DNA of 64,000 nucleotides. Origin: an uncultured Alphaproteobacteria bacterium. GTDB taxonomy: Bacteria > Pseudomonadota > Alphaproteobacteria > HIMB59 > GCA-002718135. The translations under genes were made by a program, and so were the position numbers. The DNA lies in the NCBI GenBank assembly GCA_902580765.1, contig CACHLW010000001.1:41143-105142 (forward strand), read 5' to 3'. Of this stretch, positions 38,893 through 49,715 are shown piece after piece. The notes beneath the pieces are model-generated. The model saw only the letters and a program-made list of their open reading frames with translations. It did not search any database and had not been told where the DNA came from. Each line of letters starts with the position of its first letter. Within the stretch, counting starts at the first letter, position 1.

Positions 38893-40026
38893 ATGGTAAA
38901 AATTTTTAGCTTTTTTTTATTTTTTATTATTTCTTTAAAACTTTACGCCATTGATACAAAGGCAGAACAAGCAGTTGTCATTGATTTTGATACAAATGAA
39001 GTCCTTTTTGAAAAAAATTCTAATGCAAAAGTTATACCAGCATCAATGACTAAGATTATGACTGTTTATGTTGCATTTGATAGAATAAAGAATACCAATT
39101 TTGCAATTTCTAATGAATGTAGAGTGTCCCCTAAAGCTTATAAAAAGGGAGGTTCCAGAACATTTTTAGAGATAGATGACAATGTAACAGTTGATGATTT
39201 ATTAAAAGGTATAATTGTTCAATCTGGTAATGATGCTTCTATAGCTTTAGCAGAATGTTTAGGTGGTACTGAAGAAGATTTTGCTAAACTAATGAACGTT
39301 TATGCAGAACGTTTAGGAATGACAAATACAAAGTTTGTTAATTCATCTGGCTGGCCTGATGATAATCACTATTCCACTGTTTATGATCTTGGAATTCTTT
39401 CAAATGCAATAATTAGAGATTTTCCAGATCTTTATACATATTTCAAAATGGAAGAGTTTACTTATAATGATATTACTCAGCCAAATAGAAATAAACTTTT
39501 ATATCAAGTTCAAGGAGCAGATGGTTTAAAAACAGGTTTTACAAAAGAATCCGGTTGGGGAATAGCTGCTACAGCATTAAGAAATGATAGAAGGATTACA
39601 GTTGTTATCAATGGTACCAATAGCTCTAGATCAAGATTAAATGAATCTTCTAATTTAATAAATTGGGCATTTAATCAAACTTCGCAACAAACATTAGTTG
39701 AAAAAGATCAATTTATTAAAGAAGTTGATGTATGGCTGGGAAGTGAGAGTAGTATTAATTTAATTAGTTCTCAAAAATTAGTATCAACATTATCATTTGA
39801 CCAAATTCAATTAATGAATTCTTCTATTACATATACAAAACCAATATCTGCACCAGTTAAAAAAGGTGATGAATTAGGAAAATTAACTATCAATATAGAA
39901 GGAAAGCCAAAAATAGAAGTACCGCTTATTGCTGAAAAAGATGTATCTGAAATCAACCCTTTATTTAAAATATTTGCTGCTGCAAAATACTTAATTTTTG
40001 GAAGAAGTTTGGATGAAATCAAATAA
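38893..40026 (+). CDS. D-alanyl-D-alanine carboxypeptidase (PBP5/6 class)
   Basis: 377 aa with a signal peptide, and SxxK (ASMTK), SxN (QSGND) and KTG (LKTGFT) motifs. Confidence 0.9.
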   Translation: MVKIFSFFLFFIISLKLYAIDTKAEQAVVIDFDTNEVLFEKNSNAKVIPASMTKIMTVYVAFDRIKNTNFAISNECRVSPKAYKKGGSRTFLEIDDNVTVDDLLKGIIVQSGNDASIALAECLGGTEEDFAKLMNVYAERLGMTNTKFVNSSGWPDDNHYSTVYDLGILSNAIIRDFPDLYTYFKMEEFTYNDITQPNRNKLLYQVQGADGLKTGFTKESGWGIAATALRNDRRITVVINGTNSSRSRLNESSNLINWAFNQTSQQTLVEKDQFIKEVDVWLGSESSINLISSQKLVSTLSFDQIQLMNSSITYTKPISAPVKKGDELGKLTINIEGKPKIEVPLIAEKDVSEINPLFKIFAAAKYLIFGRSLDEIK

Positions 40027-40624
40027 AGGTTTATTCATTACTTTTGAAGGACCTGAAGCTAGCGGAAAGTCATCTCAAATATTACTTTTATCAAAATATT
40101 TAAAAAAAAATAAAATTCCTTTTGTTATCACTAGAGAACCTGGAGGTACTAATTTTGCAGAAAAGTTAAGACAATTAATTTTGGATAATAAATCTAAAAT
40201 TAATAATTTAGAAGAATTGCTTCTTCTTATGGCAGCAAGATCAAATCATATAAATAAAGTAATTATTCCTAATCTTAAAAAAGGAAAGATCGTCATTTCA
40301 GATCGATATGCAGATTCATCTTTTGTTTATCAAGGATATGTAAATAAATTTGGAATTAAAAGGGTTCAAAAATTTCACAAAGAACTTCTAAACAATTTTT
40401 TTCCTGACTATACATTTATTTTTAAAATTAATCCAAAAGAAATAATTAAAAGATTAAAACAGAGGAAATTTAAAAACAAGTACGATAAATCTAACTTATT
40501 ATTTCATCAAAAAGTAATTCAAGGATATAAAAAAATAGCAAATCCAAAAAGATATATAACGGTTGATGCTTCTTTATCTAAAGATATAATTCACAAAAAT
40601 ATTATTAAAAAATTAAAGTTATAA
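40013..40624 (+). CDS. tmk: dTMP (thymidylate) kinase
   Basis: MKSNKGLFITFEGPEASGKSSQ (P-loop) and a DRY motif (SDRYADSS). The start is trimmed to ATG 40013. Confidence 0.9.
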   Translation: MKSNKGLFITFEGPEASGKSSQILLLSKYLKKNKIPFVITREPGGTNFAEKLRQLILDNKSKINNLEELLLLMAARSNHINKVIIPNLKKGKIVISDRYADSSFVYQGYVNKFGIKRVQKFHKELLNNFFPDYTFIFKINPKEIIKRLKQRKFKNKYDKSNLLFHQKVIQGYKKIANPKRYITVDASLSKDIIHKNIIKKLKL

Positions 40625-40627
40625 TTA

Positions 40628-41611
40628 ATGATTGAATTAATAGGTTTTGAAAAAGAGTATAGTAATCTCCTTAAAAGATACAAATTAAATAATCTTCCAA
40701 ATTCAATTTTAATTCATGGATTGAGTGGTATAGGTAAAAGAACTTTTCTCAACAAATTAGTAAAAAATATTATAAATATAGAATTTCAAGATAGTAATTT
40801 GGAACATCATTTAAATTTATTTAAAAATAATACACATCCAAATATAAAAATAATTGAAAAAGAGATTGATAGCAAAACTGGAAAAATTAAATCTAATATC
40901 ACAATTGAACAAATTAGAAGATTAAAAACATTTTTAAATTCAACAACAACAGTTCAAAATTCTTCTAAAATAGTTATTGTTGATTCTGCTGATTATTTAA
41001 ACATTAGTTCTGCAAATAGTATGCTCAAGATCTTAGAAGAACCAAAAGAAAATACCTATATTTTTTTAATATCAAACCAAATTTCATTACTTTTGCCAAC
41101 AATTAGATCAAGATGTTTAAAAATTAAATTTAATACTCATGATTTATCTAATTTTACTAATATCATTAAAAATAATATTGATGAAATTTCTAATGAAGAA
41201 ATAAATTTTTACTTTGAATTAACTTATGGATCACCTGGAACCACTATTCTTTATTATAATAATGATTTTTTGGATATTTTCCAATTATCAATTAAATGTC
41301 TTTTATCAAATGATCTAGATGATGATAAAATAAATTTATCTAATATTTTATCAAAACTTACTAATGATGAATTTAATAATTATTTATCAATGCTAAAATT
41401 TATCCTAATTGTTGCTAATAAGCTAAAAGTAAATAGAGATGATAAAAGCTTGGTTAATATACCAAATTATCTAGAGTTAGAGTCTTTATCTACCAATCTT
41501 AGCAAAAAAAATCTTATTGATAGATTTGATTATATAACTAATAACCAAAAAGAATTATTTAGTTTAAATCTTGATAAAAAAATATTTATATTAAATTTTT
41601 TAACTCAATAA
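40628..41611 (+). CDS. holB: DNA polymerase III subunit delta prime
   Basis: 327 aa. ILIHGLSGIGKRTF, N.LLK.LEEP, and an SRC motif (TIRSRCLKIKF). Confidence 0.8.
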   Translation: MIELIGFEKEYSNLLKRYKLNNLPNSILIHGLSGIGKRTFLNKLVKNIINIEFQDSNLEHHLNLFKNNTHPNIKIIEKEIDSKTGKIKSNITIEQIRRLKTFLNSTTTVQNSSKIVIVDSADYLNISSANSMLKILEEPKENTYIFLISNQISLLLPTIRSRCLKIKFNTHDLSNFTNIIKNNIDEISNEEINFYFELTYGSPGTTILYYNNDFLDIFQLSIKCLLSNDLDDDKINLSNILSKLTNDEFNNYLSMLKFILIVANKLKVNRDDKSLVNIPNYLELESLSTNLSKKNLIDRFDYITNNQKELFSLNLDKKIFILNFLTQ

Positions 41612-41612
41612 A

Positions 41613-43133
41613 ATGAATTTTTATATAACTACACCAATATACTACACTAATGATATTCCTCATATAGGCCATGCATATACAAGTATAGCTTGCGATATTA
41701 TTGCGCGATATAACAAATTATTAGGAAACAATGTATTCTTTTTAACTGGTACAGACGAGCATGGGCAAAAAGTAGAAAAAGCTGCTATTAATTCAAACTT
41801 AAAACCTAAAGAATTTGTCGATAAACTTTCTGTAAATTTTATTAATTTAATACCTTTTTTAGGATGTGAAATAGATGATTTTATAAGAACTACTGAAGAA
41901 AGACATATTAAAGCCTCACAAGAACTTTGGAAGCAATTAGAAAAAAATAATCAAATATATCTTTCAAATTATGAAGGTTGGTACTCAGTTAGAGATGAAG
42001 CATTTTATTTAGAAAATGAATTAAAAAAGATTGATGGTAAATACGTTACGGATAATGGATCACCTGTAGAGTGGGTTAAGGAGGAAAGTTATTTTTTTAA
42101 ACTTTCAGAATGGCAAGATAAGTTGATCAATTATTATGAAAAAAACCCAGAATCAATCTTACCAAAAACGCGATATAATGAAGTATTAAGTTTCATTAAA
42201 GGCGGATTAAAAGATCTGTCTATTTCAAGAACAACTTTTAACTGGGGAGTACCAGTTCCAAATAATTCTAAACATGTGATGTATGTTTGGATTGATGCAT
42301 TATGTAATTACCTAACTGCAATTGGTTATCCAGATACAGATAATAATAGTTACAAGAAATTTTGGCCTGCAACACACATTGTAGGAAAAGATATATTAAG
42401 ATTTCATGCAGTGTATTGGCCAGCTTTTTTAATGGCTGCTGGTATTGAACCTCCTAAAAGAATATTTGCGCACGGATGGTGGACTAATGAAGGGCAAAAA
42501 ATTTCTAAATCACTTGGTAATGTCATTGATCCTTACGAAATTATTAATGAATATGGCTTGGATCAAATTAGGTTTTTTTTATTTAGAGAGGTACCCTTTG
42601 GAAATGATGGAGATTTTTCAAAAAAAGCTATCGCAAATAGAATTAACGCAGATCTATCTAATAATTTTGGTAATTTAGTACAAAGAATTTCATCATTTGT
42701 TGTAAAAAATAATGACTCTATACTAAAGCCAGCAGAAAATTTAACTAATGAGGATCAGGATTTAATTAATATTCTTCAAAATAAATTTGATGAATATTGT
42801 AAATTTATGAATAATCAACAAATTGATAGAGCAATCAAGTCTGTCTTGGAATTAATATCTGCTGGTAACGCATATGTTGATACTCAAGCACCATGGACAC
42901 TGAAAAAAACAAATAAAATTAGAATGGAAGACGTTTTATATATTGTTACAAATATAATTATTAAATCAGCTATAATGCTCTATCCAATAATACCAACTAG
43001 TTCAAAAAAAATTCTTAATATTTTTAATTATAATATGGACAATAATAAATTTGAGAATTTTACTAAACTAATCAATCAAAATATAAAAATAAATAATCCA
43101 GAACCAATATTTCCAAGAATATTGAATGATTGA
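41613..43133 (+). CDS. metG: Methionine--tRNA ligase (short form)
   Basis: 506 aa. HIGH motif (PHIGHAYT), KMSKS variant (KISKSLGN), and WIDAL.NY. Confidence 0.95.
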   Translation: MNFYITTPIYYTNDIPHIGHAYTSIACDIIARYNKLLGNNVFFLTGTDEHGQKVEKAAINSNLKPKEFVDKLSVNFINLIPFLGCEIDDFIRTTEERHIKASQELWKQLEKNNQIYLSNYEGWYSVRDEAFYLENELKKIDGKYVTDNGSPVEWVKEESYFFKLSEWQDKLINYYEKNPESILPKTRYNEVLSFIKGGLKDLSISRTTFNWGVPVPNNSKHVMYVWIDALCNYLTAIGYPDTDNNSYKKFWPATHIVGKDILRFHAVYWPAFLMAAGIEPPKRIFAHGWWTNEGQKISKSLGNVIDPYEIINEYGLDQIRFFLFREVPFGNDGDFSKKAIANRINADLSNNFGNLVQRISSFVVKNNDSILKPAENLTNEDQDLINILQNKFDEYCKFMNNQQIDRAIKSVLELISAGNAYVDTQAPWTLKKTNKIRMEDVLYIVTNIIIKSAIMLYPIIPTSSKKILNIFNYNMDNNKFENFTKLINQNIKINNPEPIFPRILND

Positions 43134-43908
43134 CTCACATTGTCATTTAAATTTTAAAAAATTATCAGAAAATTTTGAGAATATCATTAATAATTCCAAA
43201 AAAAATAATATAACCTCAATATTATCAATCAATACAAAACCTGAAGATTTCCAAGATCATTTAAATCTAATAAAAAATTATAATTCTATTTATCTCTCAT
43301 ATGGACTTCACCCAAGTGATGTTCAATCAATGAACCAAATTGAATTACAAAACTTTGATCATTATTGTAATAATGAAAAAGTAATAGGAATAGGTGAAAC
43401 GGGCATTGACTTGCATCATAATGATCAATTTCTTAAAGAACAAACACAAGTATTTGAAACCCATATTGAAGCTTCAATAAAGCATTCACTACCAATTATC
43501 ATTCATCAAAGAAATTCTGAAAAAGAAATAGTAGATATTTTAAAAAATTATAAATCAAATAATTTAAAATTAATTTTTCACTGTTTTACCGGTTCAAATG
43601 ATCTACTAAATTTTTGTTTAGAGAATAACTACTACATTTCTATATCTGGAATAATAACATTTAAAAATGCATCAAATTTAAGAGATATAATCAAGGATGC
43701 TCCTTTAGATTCTATACTTATAGAAACTGATAGTCCTTTTTTAGCACCCGAGCCAATGAGAGGTAAAGTTAATGAACCATCTTATGTAAAATATACAGCT
43801 GAATATTTGGCAAAATTTTATAAATTATCCTTTGAAGAATTTGAAAAAATCACTGATAATAATTTTTTTAATTTGTTTACGAAAGCTAAAAGAGATAATT
43901 ATCTGTAA
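43126..43908 (+). CDS. tatD: TatD-family metal-dependent hydrolase/DNase
   Basis: 260 aa. MIDSHCHLNF, GETGIDL, IIHQRNS, FHCFTG, ETDSPFLAP. Confidence 0.9.
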   Translation: MIDSHCHLNFKKLSENFENIINNSKKNNITSILSINTKPEDFQDHLNLIKNYNSIYLSYGLHPSDVQSMNQIELQNFDHYCNNEKVIGIGETGIDLHHNDQFLKEQTQVFETHIEASIKHSLPIIIHQRNSEKEIVDILKNYKSNNLKLIFHCFTGSNDLLNFCLENNYYISISGIITFKNASNLRDIIKDAPLDSILIETDSPFLAPEPMRGKVNEPSYVKYTAEYLAKFYKLSFEEFEKITDNNFFNLFTKAKRDNYL

Positions 43909-44660
43909 TGAAAATAACAATTTTAGGCTGTGGAGGATCTTTTGGATCACCTTTAGCATGGAATAGACATGGGAATATTGATCTTGATAATAAAAGAAAT
44001 TTTCGAACAAGATCATCTGTACTTATTGAATATAAAAATACAAATATTTTAATTGATACTAGTCCAGATCTTAGACAGCAACTTTATAATGCAAAATGTA
44101 CAAATATTGATGCGGTACTTTATACTCATATTCATTCTGACCATACATCAGGAGTGCCAGATATGAGAGCAATGTCATTAATAAATAAAAAAATTATTCC
44201 CGCATATATGCCAAAAGAAATGATTCCTGAAATGGAGACAAATTATAAATATATTTTTAAAGGAGAAAAAGATTATTTACCATTTATGGAAATTAAAGAA
44301 TTAGATTCTAGTATAAATTTCCAGAATATAAATATTGAAACATTTAAACATAATCATGGGTCAATTGATGTTCAGACTTACAAGATTGGAAATTTTGCTT
44401 ATTCTACAGATTTAAAAAAATTTTATAATAAAGATATTGATAAATTAAAAAATTTAGATCTATGGATAGTTGGTTTGTTAAGAGAGGATTCGCATCCTTC
44501 ACATGCTGGATTTGATCAAATAATGGATTTCATTTCTTATATTAAACCAAAACAAACTATTTTTACTCATATGACAGCTTTACTAGATGAAAAAGAATTA
44601 ATAACTAAGTGCCCAGCATATGTTAAACCTGGATATGATGGAATGATTATTGATTTATGA
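43908..44660 (+). CDS. MBL-fold metallo-hydrolase (PhnP-like)
   Basis: 250 aa. ILGCGGS and THIHSDHTSG (HxHxDH). It follows tatD as in many alphaproteobacteria. Confidence 0.75.
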   Translation: MKITILGCGGSFGSPLAWNRHGNIDLDNKRNFRTRSSVLIEYKNTNILIDTSPDLRQQLYNAKCTNIDAVLYTHIHSDHTSGVPDMRAMSLINKKIIPAYMPKEMIPEMETNYKYIFKGEKDYLPFMEIKELDSSINFQNINIETFKHNHGSIDVQTYKIGNFAYSTDLKKFYNKDIDKLKNLDLWIVGLLREDSHPSHAGFDQIMDFISYIKPKQTIFTHMTALLDEKELITKCPAYVKPGYDGMIIDL

Positions 44661-45592
44661 AATCAGAATCTATTGGTTTCATTGGTGTAGGAAACGTTGG
44701 TTCAAACCTAGCAAATAATTTATTAAAATCAAATAATAATGTTTTTGTGTATGATAAAAATAATCAATCTTATTCAAGATTAAAAAATCTAAAAAACAAG
44801 CCTTGTAAAGCCTTAAAAGAATTAACTGAAAAGAGTGATATTATAATAACCTGTTTACCTTCACCAAAAGCGGTAAGCAAAGTTTTAAAAACTATATTAA
44901 AATATTTAACTAAAAAACATATCTGGATTGAGATGAGTACTACAGATAAAAACGATATGATAAGTTTATCCAAAAAAGTAACTAGTAAAGGTGGAAAAGT
45001 ATTAGAATGTCCTATTACCGGAGGAGAACATAGAGCTAAATCAGGGAATATATCTATTTTAGCTGCAGGTAAAAAATCAACTTTCAAAAAATGTTTCCCA
45101 ATTTTATCATTGCTTGGTCATGAAATTTTATATTGTGGAAAAATTGGAAATGCCTCAATATTAAAAGTGATTACAAATTATTTAGCATCATTACATTTAG
45201 TAGGTATAGGTGAGGCTTTGAGTGTTGCAAAAAAAAATAAAATTGACTTAGGTTTAACGTATAAAGCGATAAAAATAAGCTCTGGGAATAGTTTTGTAAA
45301 TGAAACTGAAACAAAGGTCATACTTGGAGGCAGTTATGATGTTGGATTTACAATGGATCTAGTCAATAAAGATATAAATCTTTTTAATAAACTTGGAAAA
45401 AATATAAAATTAGAACTGGGAAATTATCTAAGTAAAAAATTTAAACTTGGTATCAAAATTTTAGGTGAAAGATCATTTAGTACTAGTATTATTAAATTAA
45501 TTGAAAAAGATGCAAAAATTAAATTGAGAGCAAAAAATTTCCCAAAACAGTTAATTGATAAACAAAAAAAACAAAAAGGTGTAGAAGTATAA
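44657..45592 (+). CDS. NAD(P)-dependent beta-hydroxyacid dehydrogenase family oxidoreductase (HIBADH/6PGDH-NAD-binding type)
   Basis: 311 aa. N-terminal IGFIGVGNVGSNLANNL, and downstream GKIGNASILKVITNYL. Confidence 0.7.
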   Translation: MKSESIGFIGVGNVGSNLANNLLKSNNNVFVYDKNNQSYSRLKNLKNKPCKALKELTEKSDIIITCLPSPKAVSKVLKTILKYLTKKHIWIEMSTTDKNDMISLSKKVTSKGGKVLECPITGGEHRAKSGNISILAAGKKSTFKKCFPILSLLGHEILYCGKIGNASILKVITNYLASLHLVGIGEALSVAKKNKIDLGLTYKAIKISSGNSFVNETETKVILGGSYDVGFTMDLVNKDINLFNKLGKNIKLELGNYLSKKFKLGIKILGERSFSTSIIKLIEKDAKIKLRAKNFPKQLIDKQKKQKGVEV

Positions 45593-45593
45593 T

Positions 45594-46547
45594 ATGTCAC
45601 ATAAAAAATTGTTACCTGCCGATTTAGATCCAAGAAATCCAAGTTATGCTTACAAAAATAAATATAATGAACATGTAGAAAATACTGATCAATTCAATAA
45701 CTATGTAAAGTCTGCTGCAGTTAAAAAAATTTTTTCTGGAATGTTATGGGGAGAAGGTCCGGCTTATATTCCTCATTTAGATACATTAGTCTGGAGCGAT
45801 ATACCAAATAACAGGATGCTAAAGTTATCAAATGATATAGTATCTGAATATAAAAATCCCTCTAACTATTGTAATGGAAATACTATTGATAAAGAAGAGA
45901 ATGTAATTTCTTGTTCACATGGAGGAAGATGTATCTATAAAACTAATGATAATTTAGAAGTGGAAGTCTTAGTTGATAGTTATAATGGTAAGAAACTTAA
46001 CTCGCCAAATGACCTATTTGTTAAATCGGATGATACAATTTGGTTTACAGATCCGCCTTATGGTATTCTATCAGATTATGAGGGATATCCTGGTGAGCAA
46101 GAATATGGTGGCTGTAATGTGTTTTCTTTTGATCCTAAACTAAATACTTTAAAAGTTATGATTGACGACCTTGATAGACCAAATGGAATTGCCATTTCTC
46201 CAGACGAAAAAAAACTATATGTTGCAGATACTGGAGAAAATATAAAACATTTGTATGTTTATGATATTGTAGACGGATTACCCATTAACAGAAAATTAAT
46301 TTATGATTTTAAACCCTTTTTCTCAGATGGTTTTAGATGTGATAAAGATGGTAATGTTTGGACAAGTGCAGGAAAAGCAATTAAATGTTTTAATCCTCAA
46401 AATGAATTAATTGGACAACTTATAATCCCTGAATTAGTATCAAATTTAGAATTTGGAGGAGTGGAAGGAAATATCTTGTACATAACAGCCACAACTAGTT
46501 TATATTCAATTGAATTAAATCAACAAGGCGCCAGATTTTATGAATAA
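45594..46547 (+). CDS. SMP-30/gluconolactonase/LRE-family protein
   Basis: 317 aa. GEGPAY, NSPNDL.V..DG.IWFTDP, RPNGIA.SPDEKKLYVADT, and DG.R.D.DGN.W are six-bladed propeller lactonase blocks. Confidence 0.8.
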   Translation: MSHKKLLPADLDPRNPSYAYKNKYNEHVENTDQFNNYVKSAAVKKIFSGMLWGEGPAYIPHLDTLVWSDIPNNRMLKLSNDIVSEYKNPSNYCNGNTIDKEENVISCSHGGRCIYKTNDNLEVEVLVDSYNGKKLNSPNDLFVKSDDTIWFTDPPYGILSDYEGYPGEQEYGGCNVFSFDPKLNTLKVMIDDLDRPNGIAISPDEKKLYVADTGENIKHLYVYDIVDGLPINRKLIYDFKPFFSDGFRCDKDGNVWTSAGKAIKCFNPQNELIGQLIIPELVSNLEFGGVEGNILYITATTSLYSIELNQQGARFYE

Positions 46548-46875
46548 ACCTTTATCTTCAGGAAAGTGTGAACCATGCAATGGGAGCACTCATAAATTAG
46601 ATTATCAAGAAATTAGTAAATTTTTATCTGAACTTAATGAATGGTCAGTCAATGACAATCAAGAAATGATTTTCAAAAAATTTAAATTTAGCAATTTTAA
46701 AAAAGCTATATCATTTGCAAATGAGGTAGGAGAAGTAGCAGAAAATGAAGGTCATCATCCAGATATATCAATAGGATGGGGTTATTGTTTAGTTATGGTC
46801 CATACTCACGCAATAGAGGGATTATCAGTTAATGATTTTATATTAGCTTCCAAAATTGATTTAATTAAAAGTTAA
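46540..46875 (+). CDS. Pterin-4a-carbinolamine dehydratase (PCD/DCoH family)
   Basis: 111 aa. The full PCD signature E-x3-HHP-x5-W-x9-H-x8-D is readable in ...AENEGHHPDISIGWGYCLVMVHTHAIEGLSVND... Confidence 0.85.
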   Translation: MNKPLSSGKCEPCNGSTHKLDYQEISKFLSELNEWSVNDNQEMIFKKFKFSNFKKAISFANEVGEVAENEGHHPDISIGWGYCLVMVHTHAIEGLSVNDFILASKIDLIKS

Positions 46876-46879
46876 TTTA

Positions 46880-48256
46880 ATGAAAAAAAAAATTTTTATT
46901 TGCGGTATTAGTACTGAATGCTGCTCTTATTCAACATTAATACAAAATAAAAAAGATTTTGAAGTTTTAACTGGAAAAAAACTTTTAAAATATATAAATT
47001 TTCCATATTCCAAACATAATAATATAACATTTATACCAAATAAATTTTATAGAAGTTTACCTGGTGGGCCTGTAGATAAAAAATTTTTTATAAAAACAAT
47101 TAACAATATTACAAATGATTTAATAAAATCAAAACCTATTGATGGTATTTTGCTAATCATGCATGGTGCTATGTATGTCAAAGGTATTAGTGATCCCGAA
47201 GGTTTTTTTATCAAAAAAATTCGCTCTAAAGTATCTAAAAACTGTAAAATATCATTATCTTATGATCTTCACGGGCAGATGACTGATACAATTATAAAAA
47301 ATATCGATTATTTTGCAGCATATAAAACAGCCCCACATATTGACGTTAAGCAAACATATTCAAGATCATTGAAAATGTTAATAGATGGAATATTAAAAAA
47401 TAAAAAAAATCATATTATTTGGGAAAAAATACCAGTTTTAGTTTCAGGCGAAATGTCATCTACAATAGTTGAGCCATGTAAAAAAATTTATAAAAATCTT
47501 AATATTTTTAATAAATTTAGTGGGATTAATGATTGTAATTTACTTATAGGATATGTTTGGGCTGATACTAAGAGGGCAACAGCTTCTGCAATTGTAAATT
47601 GTACAGATGTTAATATCGGTAAAAAAATTTGTAAGAAAATAGCACTAAGTTATTGGAATAATAGGTTTAATTTAGTTTATGATATGAAATCTTATAAATT
47701 AAATAAGATTTTTCATGTAGTTAATAAAAAAAAATTTACAATTTTAGCCGATAGCGGAGACAATCCAACAGCTGGAGGAGTAGGTAGTAGAATAGATGTA
47801 TTAGAGCACGTATTTAAAAACAAGATAGAGAACACACTATTTGCAGGAATTTATAATGAAGAAATTTTTAGAGAGCTAAAAAATAAAAAAAACAAAATTG
47901 TCATAAAAGATAGTATCTCAAAAAAGAAAATTTCTATTTCAATTGATAAATTTTATCTAAAAAATGATAGTGCGATTGTAATCTCAAATAATAATACAGT
48001 AATTTTTACTAAATGCAGAAAACCTTTTCATTATCTGAGTGATTTTAGGGAATTAAATATAAATTTAAAAAAATATAAAATATTGATTGTAAAATCAGGA
48101 TATCTTTCACCAGAACTTAAAAAACTTAAAGCAGATAATTTTATGATTTTAACAGATGGATTTGTTACCCAAGATTTTAAAAGAATTAAAAATTTATTTA
48201 GGGAAAAACCAATTTATCCTTTTCAAAAAAATTTTAGATACAATATAGCTATTTAA
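46880..48256 (+). CDS. M81-family (MlrC-like) metallopeptidase
   Basis: 458 aa. N-terminal IFICGISTECCSYS (compare GGISHETNTF), DGILLIMHGAM, YDLHGQ, YKTAPHIDVKQT. The assignment is from memory of the family pattern. Confidence 0.65.
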   Translation: MKKKIFICGISTECCSYSTLIQNKKDFEVLTGKKLLKYINFPYSKHNNITFIPNKFYRSLPGGPVDKKFFIKTINNITNDLIKSKPIDGILLIMHGAMYVKGISDPEGFFIKKIRSKVSKNCKISLSYDLHGQMTDTIIKNIDYFAAYKTAPHIDVKQTYSRSLKMLIDGILKNKKNHIIWEKIPVLVSGEMSSTIVEPCKKIYKNLNIFNKFSGINDCNLLIGYVWADTKRATASAIVNCTDVNIGKKICKKIALSYWNNRFNLVYDMKSYKLNKIFHVVNKKKFTILADSGDNPTAGGVGSRIDVLEHVFKNKIENTLFAGIYNEEIFRELKNKKNKIVIKDSISKKKISISIDKFYLKNDSAIVISNNNTVIFTKCRKPFHYLSDFRELNINLKKYKILIVKSGYLSPELKKLKADNFMILTDGFVTQDFKRIKNLFREKPIYPFQKNFRYNIAI

Positions 48257-49645
48257 TTAAGTACCACAAAAAGTTTCAAATACTTTTTCACTTTCAAGAG
48301 GTGCGGTAATATATTTTTTATTATCTATTTTCTCATAAGGTTTTTTTAGTAATTTTTCGAATTCATATAATTGACTGTAATTATTGCTGTACACTTCATT
48401 AATTATTTCTTCAATAATATGATTCCTAGGTATAATTTGAGGATTAACATTTTTAAATTTTCTTATTTTATTATTTTTATATTTTTCTTCCCAATTTTTA
48501 AAAATCTTTTTATCAAGAGTATTATTTTCTAAATCTAAAAATGTATTTGTATAATCAAGTTTATAAATATGCATCAAATCTAAAAATTCTTTAACAATTT
48601 CTTCGTTATTATTATTAGTATCTAAATTTAATTTCATAGACATCATTGTTAACCAAGATTGATTAAATAATTTTTTATATTTATTTAATATATCTTCGAT
48701 TTTTTTGATTGCTGTTTTTTCATTTGGATCAATTAAATGAAGAAAAGTTTCAGCAAATCTTGCTAAATTCCACAACGTTATTTTTGATTGATTTTCAAAA
48801 GAATATCTTCCCATTTTATCAATTGAGCTGAAAACTTTTTTTGGATTATATTCATCCAAATATGCTGCTGGACCATAATCTATAGTTTCACCTGATAAAG
48901 ACATATTATCGGTATTCATAACACCATGAATAAAACCAACTCTCATCCAATCTACGACTAACTTAATTTGTAAATCACAGATTGTCTCATAAAATTTTAA
49001 ATATTTATCATTATTATTATCTATATCAGGATACAGTCTTGAAATTGTATAAGATATAAAGTTTTGAAATTCCTCTCTATTTTTTAAAAGACTTCCAAAT
49101 TGAAAAGTTCCCACTCTAATATGCGATTTTGCAACTCTAATTAAAACTGCGCCAGGTTCTAATCTATCACGTAATACATTTTCACCAGTAGTAATAACAG
49201 CTAGTGCTCTTGTTGATGGTATACCAAGATTATGCATAGCTTCACTTAATATGTATTCCCTTATCATTGGGCCTAATGCAGCTTTTCCGTCTCCATTTCT
49301 AGAGTAGGGTGTTTGGCCTGATCCTTTTAGCTGTATATCTACTCTTTGTTTATTATTAGTAATATGTTCACCAATAATTACAGCTCTGCCATCGCCTAAA
49401 ATTGTAAAATTTCCAAATTGATGTCCAGCATAAGCTTGAGAAAAGTAATTTTTATTTAATTTATTTTTTCCTAAAAGAATATTACACTTTTCATCATCAT
49501 CATATTTACTAAAATCTAAATTTAAATCCCTAGCAAGGTCACTATTAAACAAAACTAATTTTTTATTACAAAAATTTTCAGGATTAACTTTACTATAAAA
49601 AATACTAGGTAATTTTGTATAACTGTCTTGAAAATTCCAAACCAT
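48257..49645 (-). CDS. selO: Protein adenylyltransferase SelO (YdiU)
   Basis: 462 aa. YAGHQFGNF..LGDGRA, LKGSG.TPYSR.GDG.A, HGVMNTDNMS, TIDYGP. Confidence 0.9.
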   Translation of the reverse strand: MVWNFQDSYTKLPSIFYSKVNPENFCNKKLVLFNSDLARDLNLDFSKYDDDEKCNILLGKNKLNKNYFSQAYAGHQFGNFTILGDGRAVIIGEHITNNKQRVDIQLKGSGQTPYSRNGDGKAALGPMIREYILSEAMHNLGIPSTRALAVITTGENVLRDRLEPGAVLIRVAKSHIRVGTFQFGSLLKNREEFQNFISYTISRLYPDIDNNNDKYLKFYETICDLQIKLVVDWMRVGFIHGVMNTDNMSLSGETIDYGPAAYLDEYNPKKVFSSIDKMGRYSFENQSKITLWNLARFAETFLHLIDPNEKTAIKKIEDILNKYKKLFNQSWLTMMSMKLNLDTNNNNEEIVKEFLDLMHIYKLDYTNTFLDLENNTLDKKIFKNWEEKYKNNKIRKFKNVNPQIIPRNHIIEEIINEVYSNNYSQLYEFEKLLKKPYEKIDNKKYITAPLESEKVFETFCGT

Positions 49646-49715
49646 TTTAAATAAATATATATAAATTTTTTGAATTTAACATCTACAACTTTAGTATATA
49701 TGTATTAAGTCAGAG

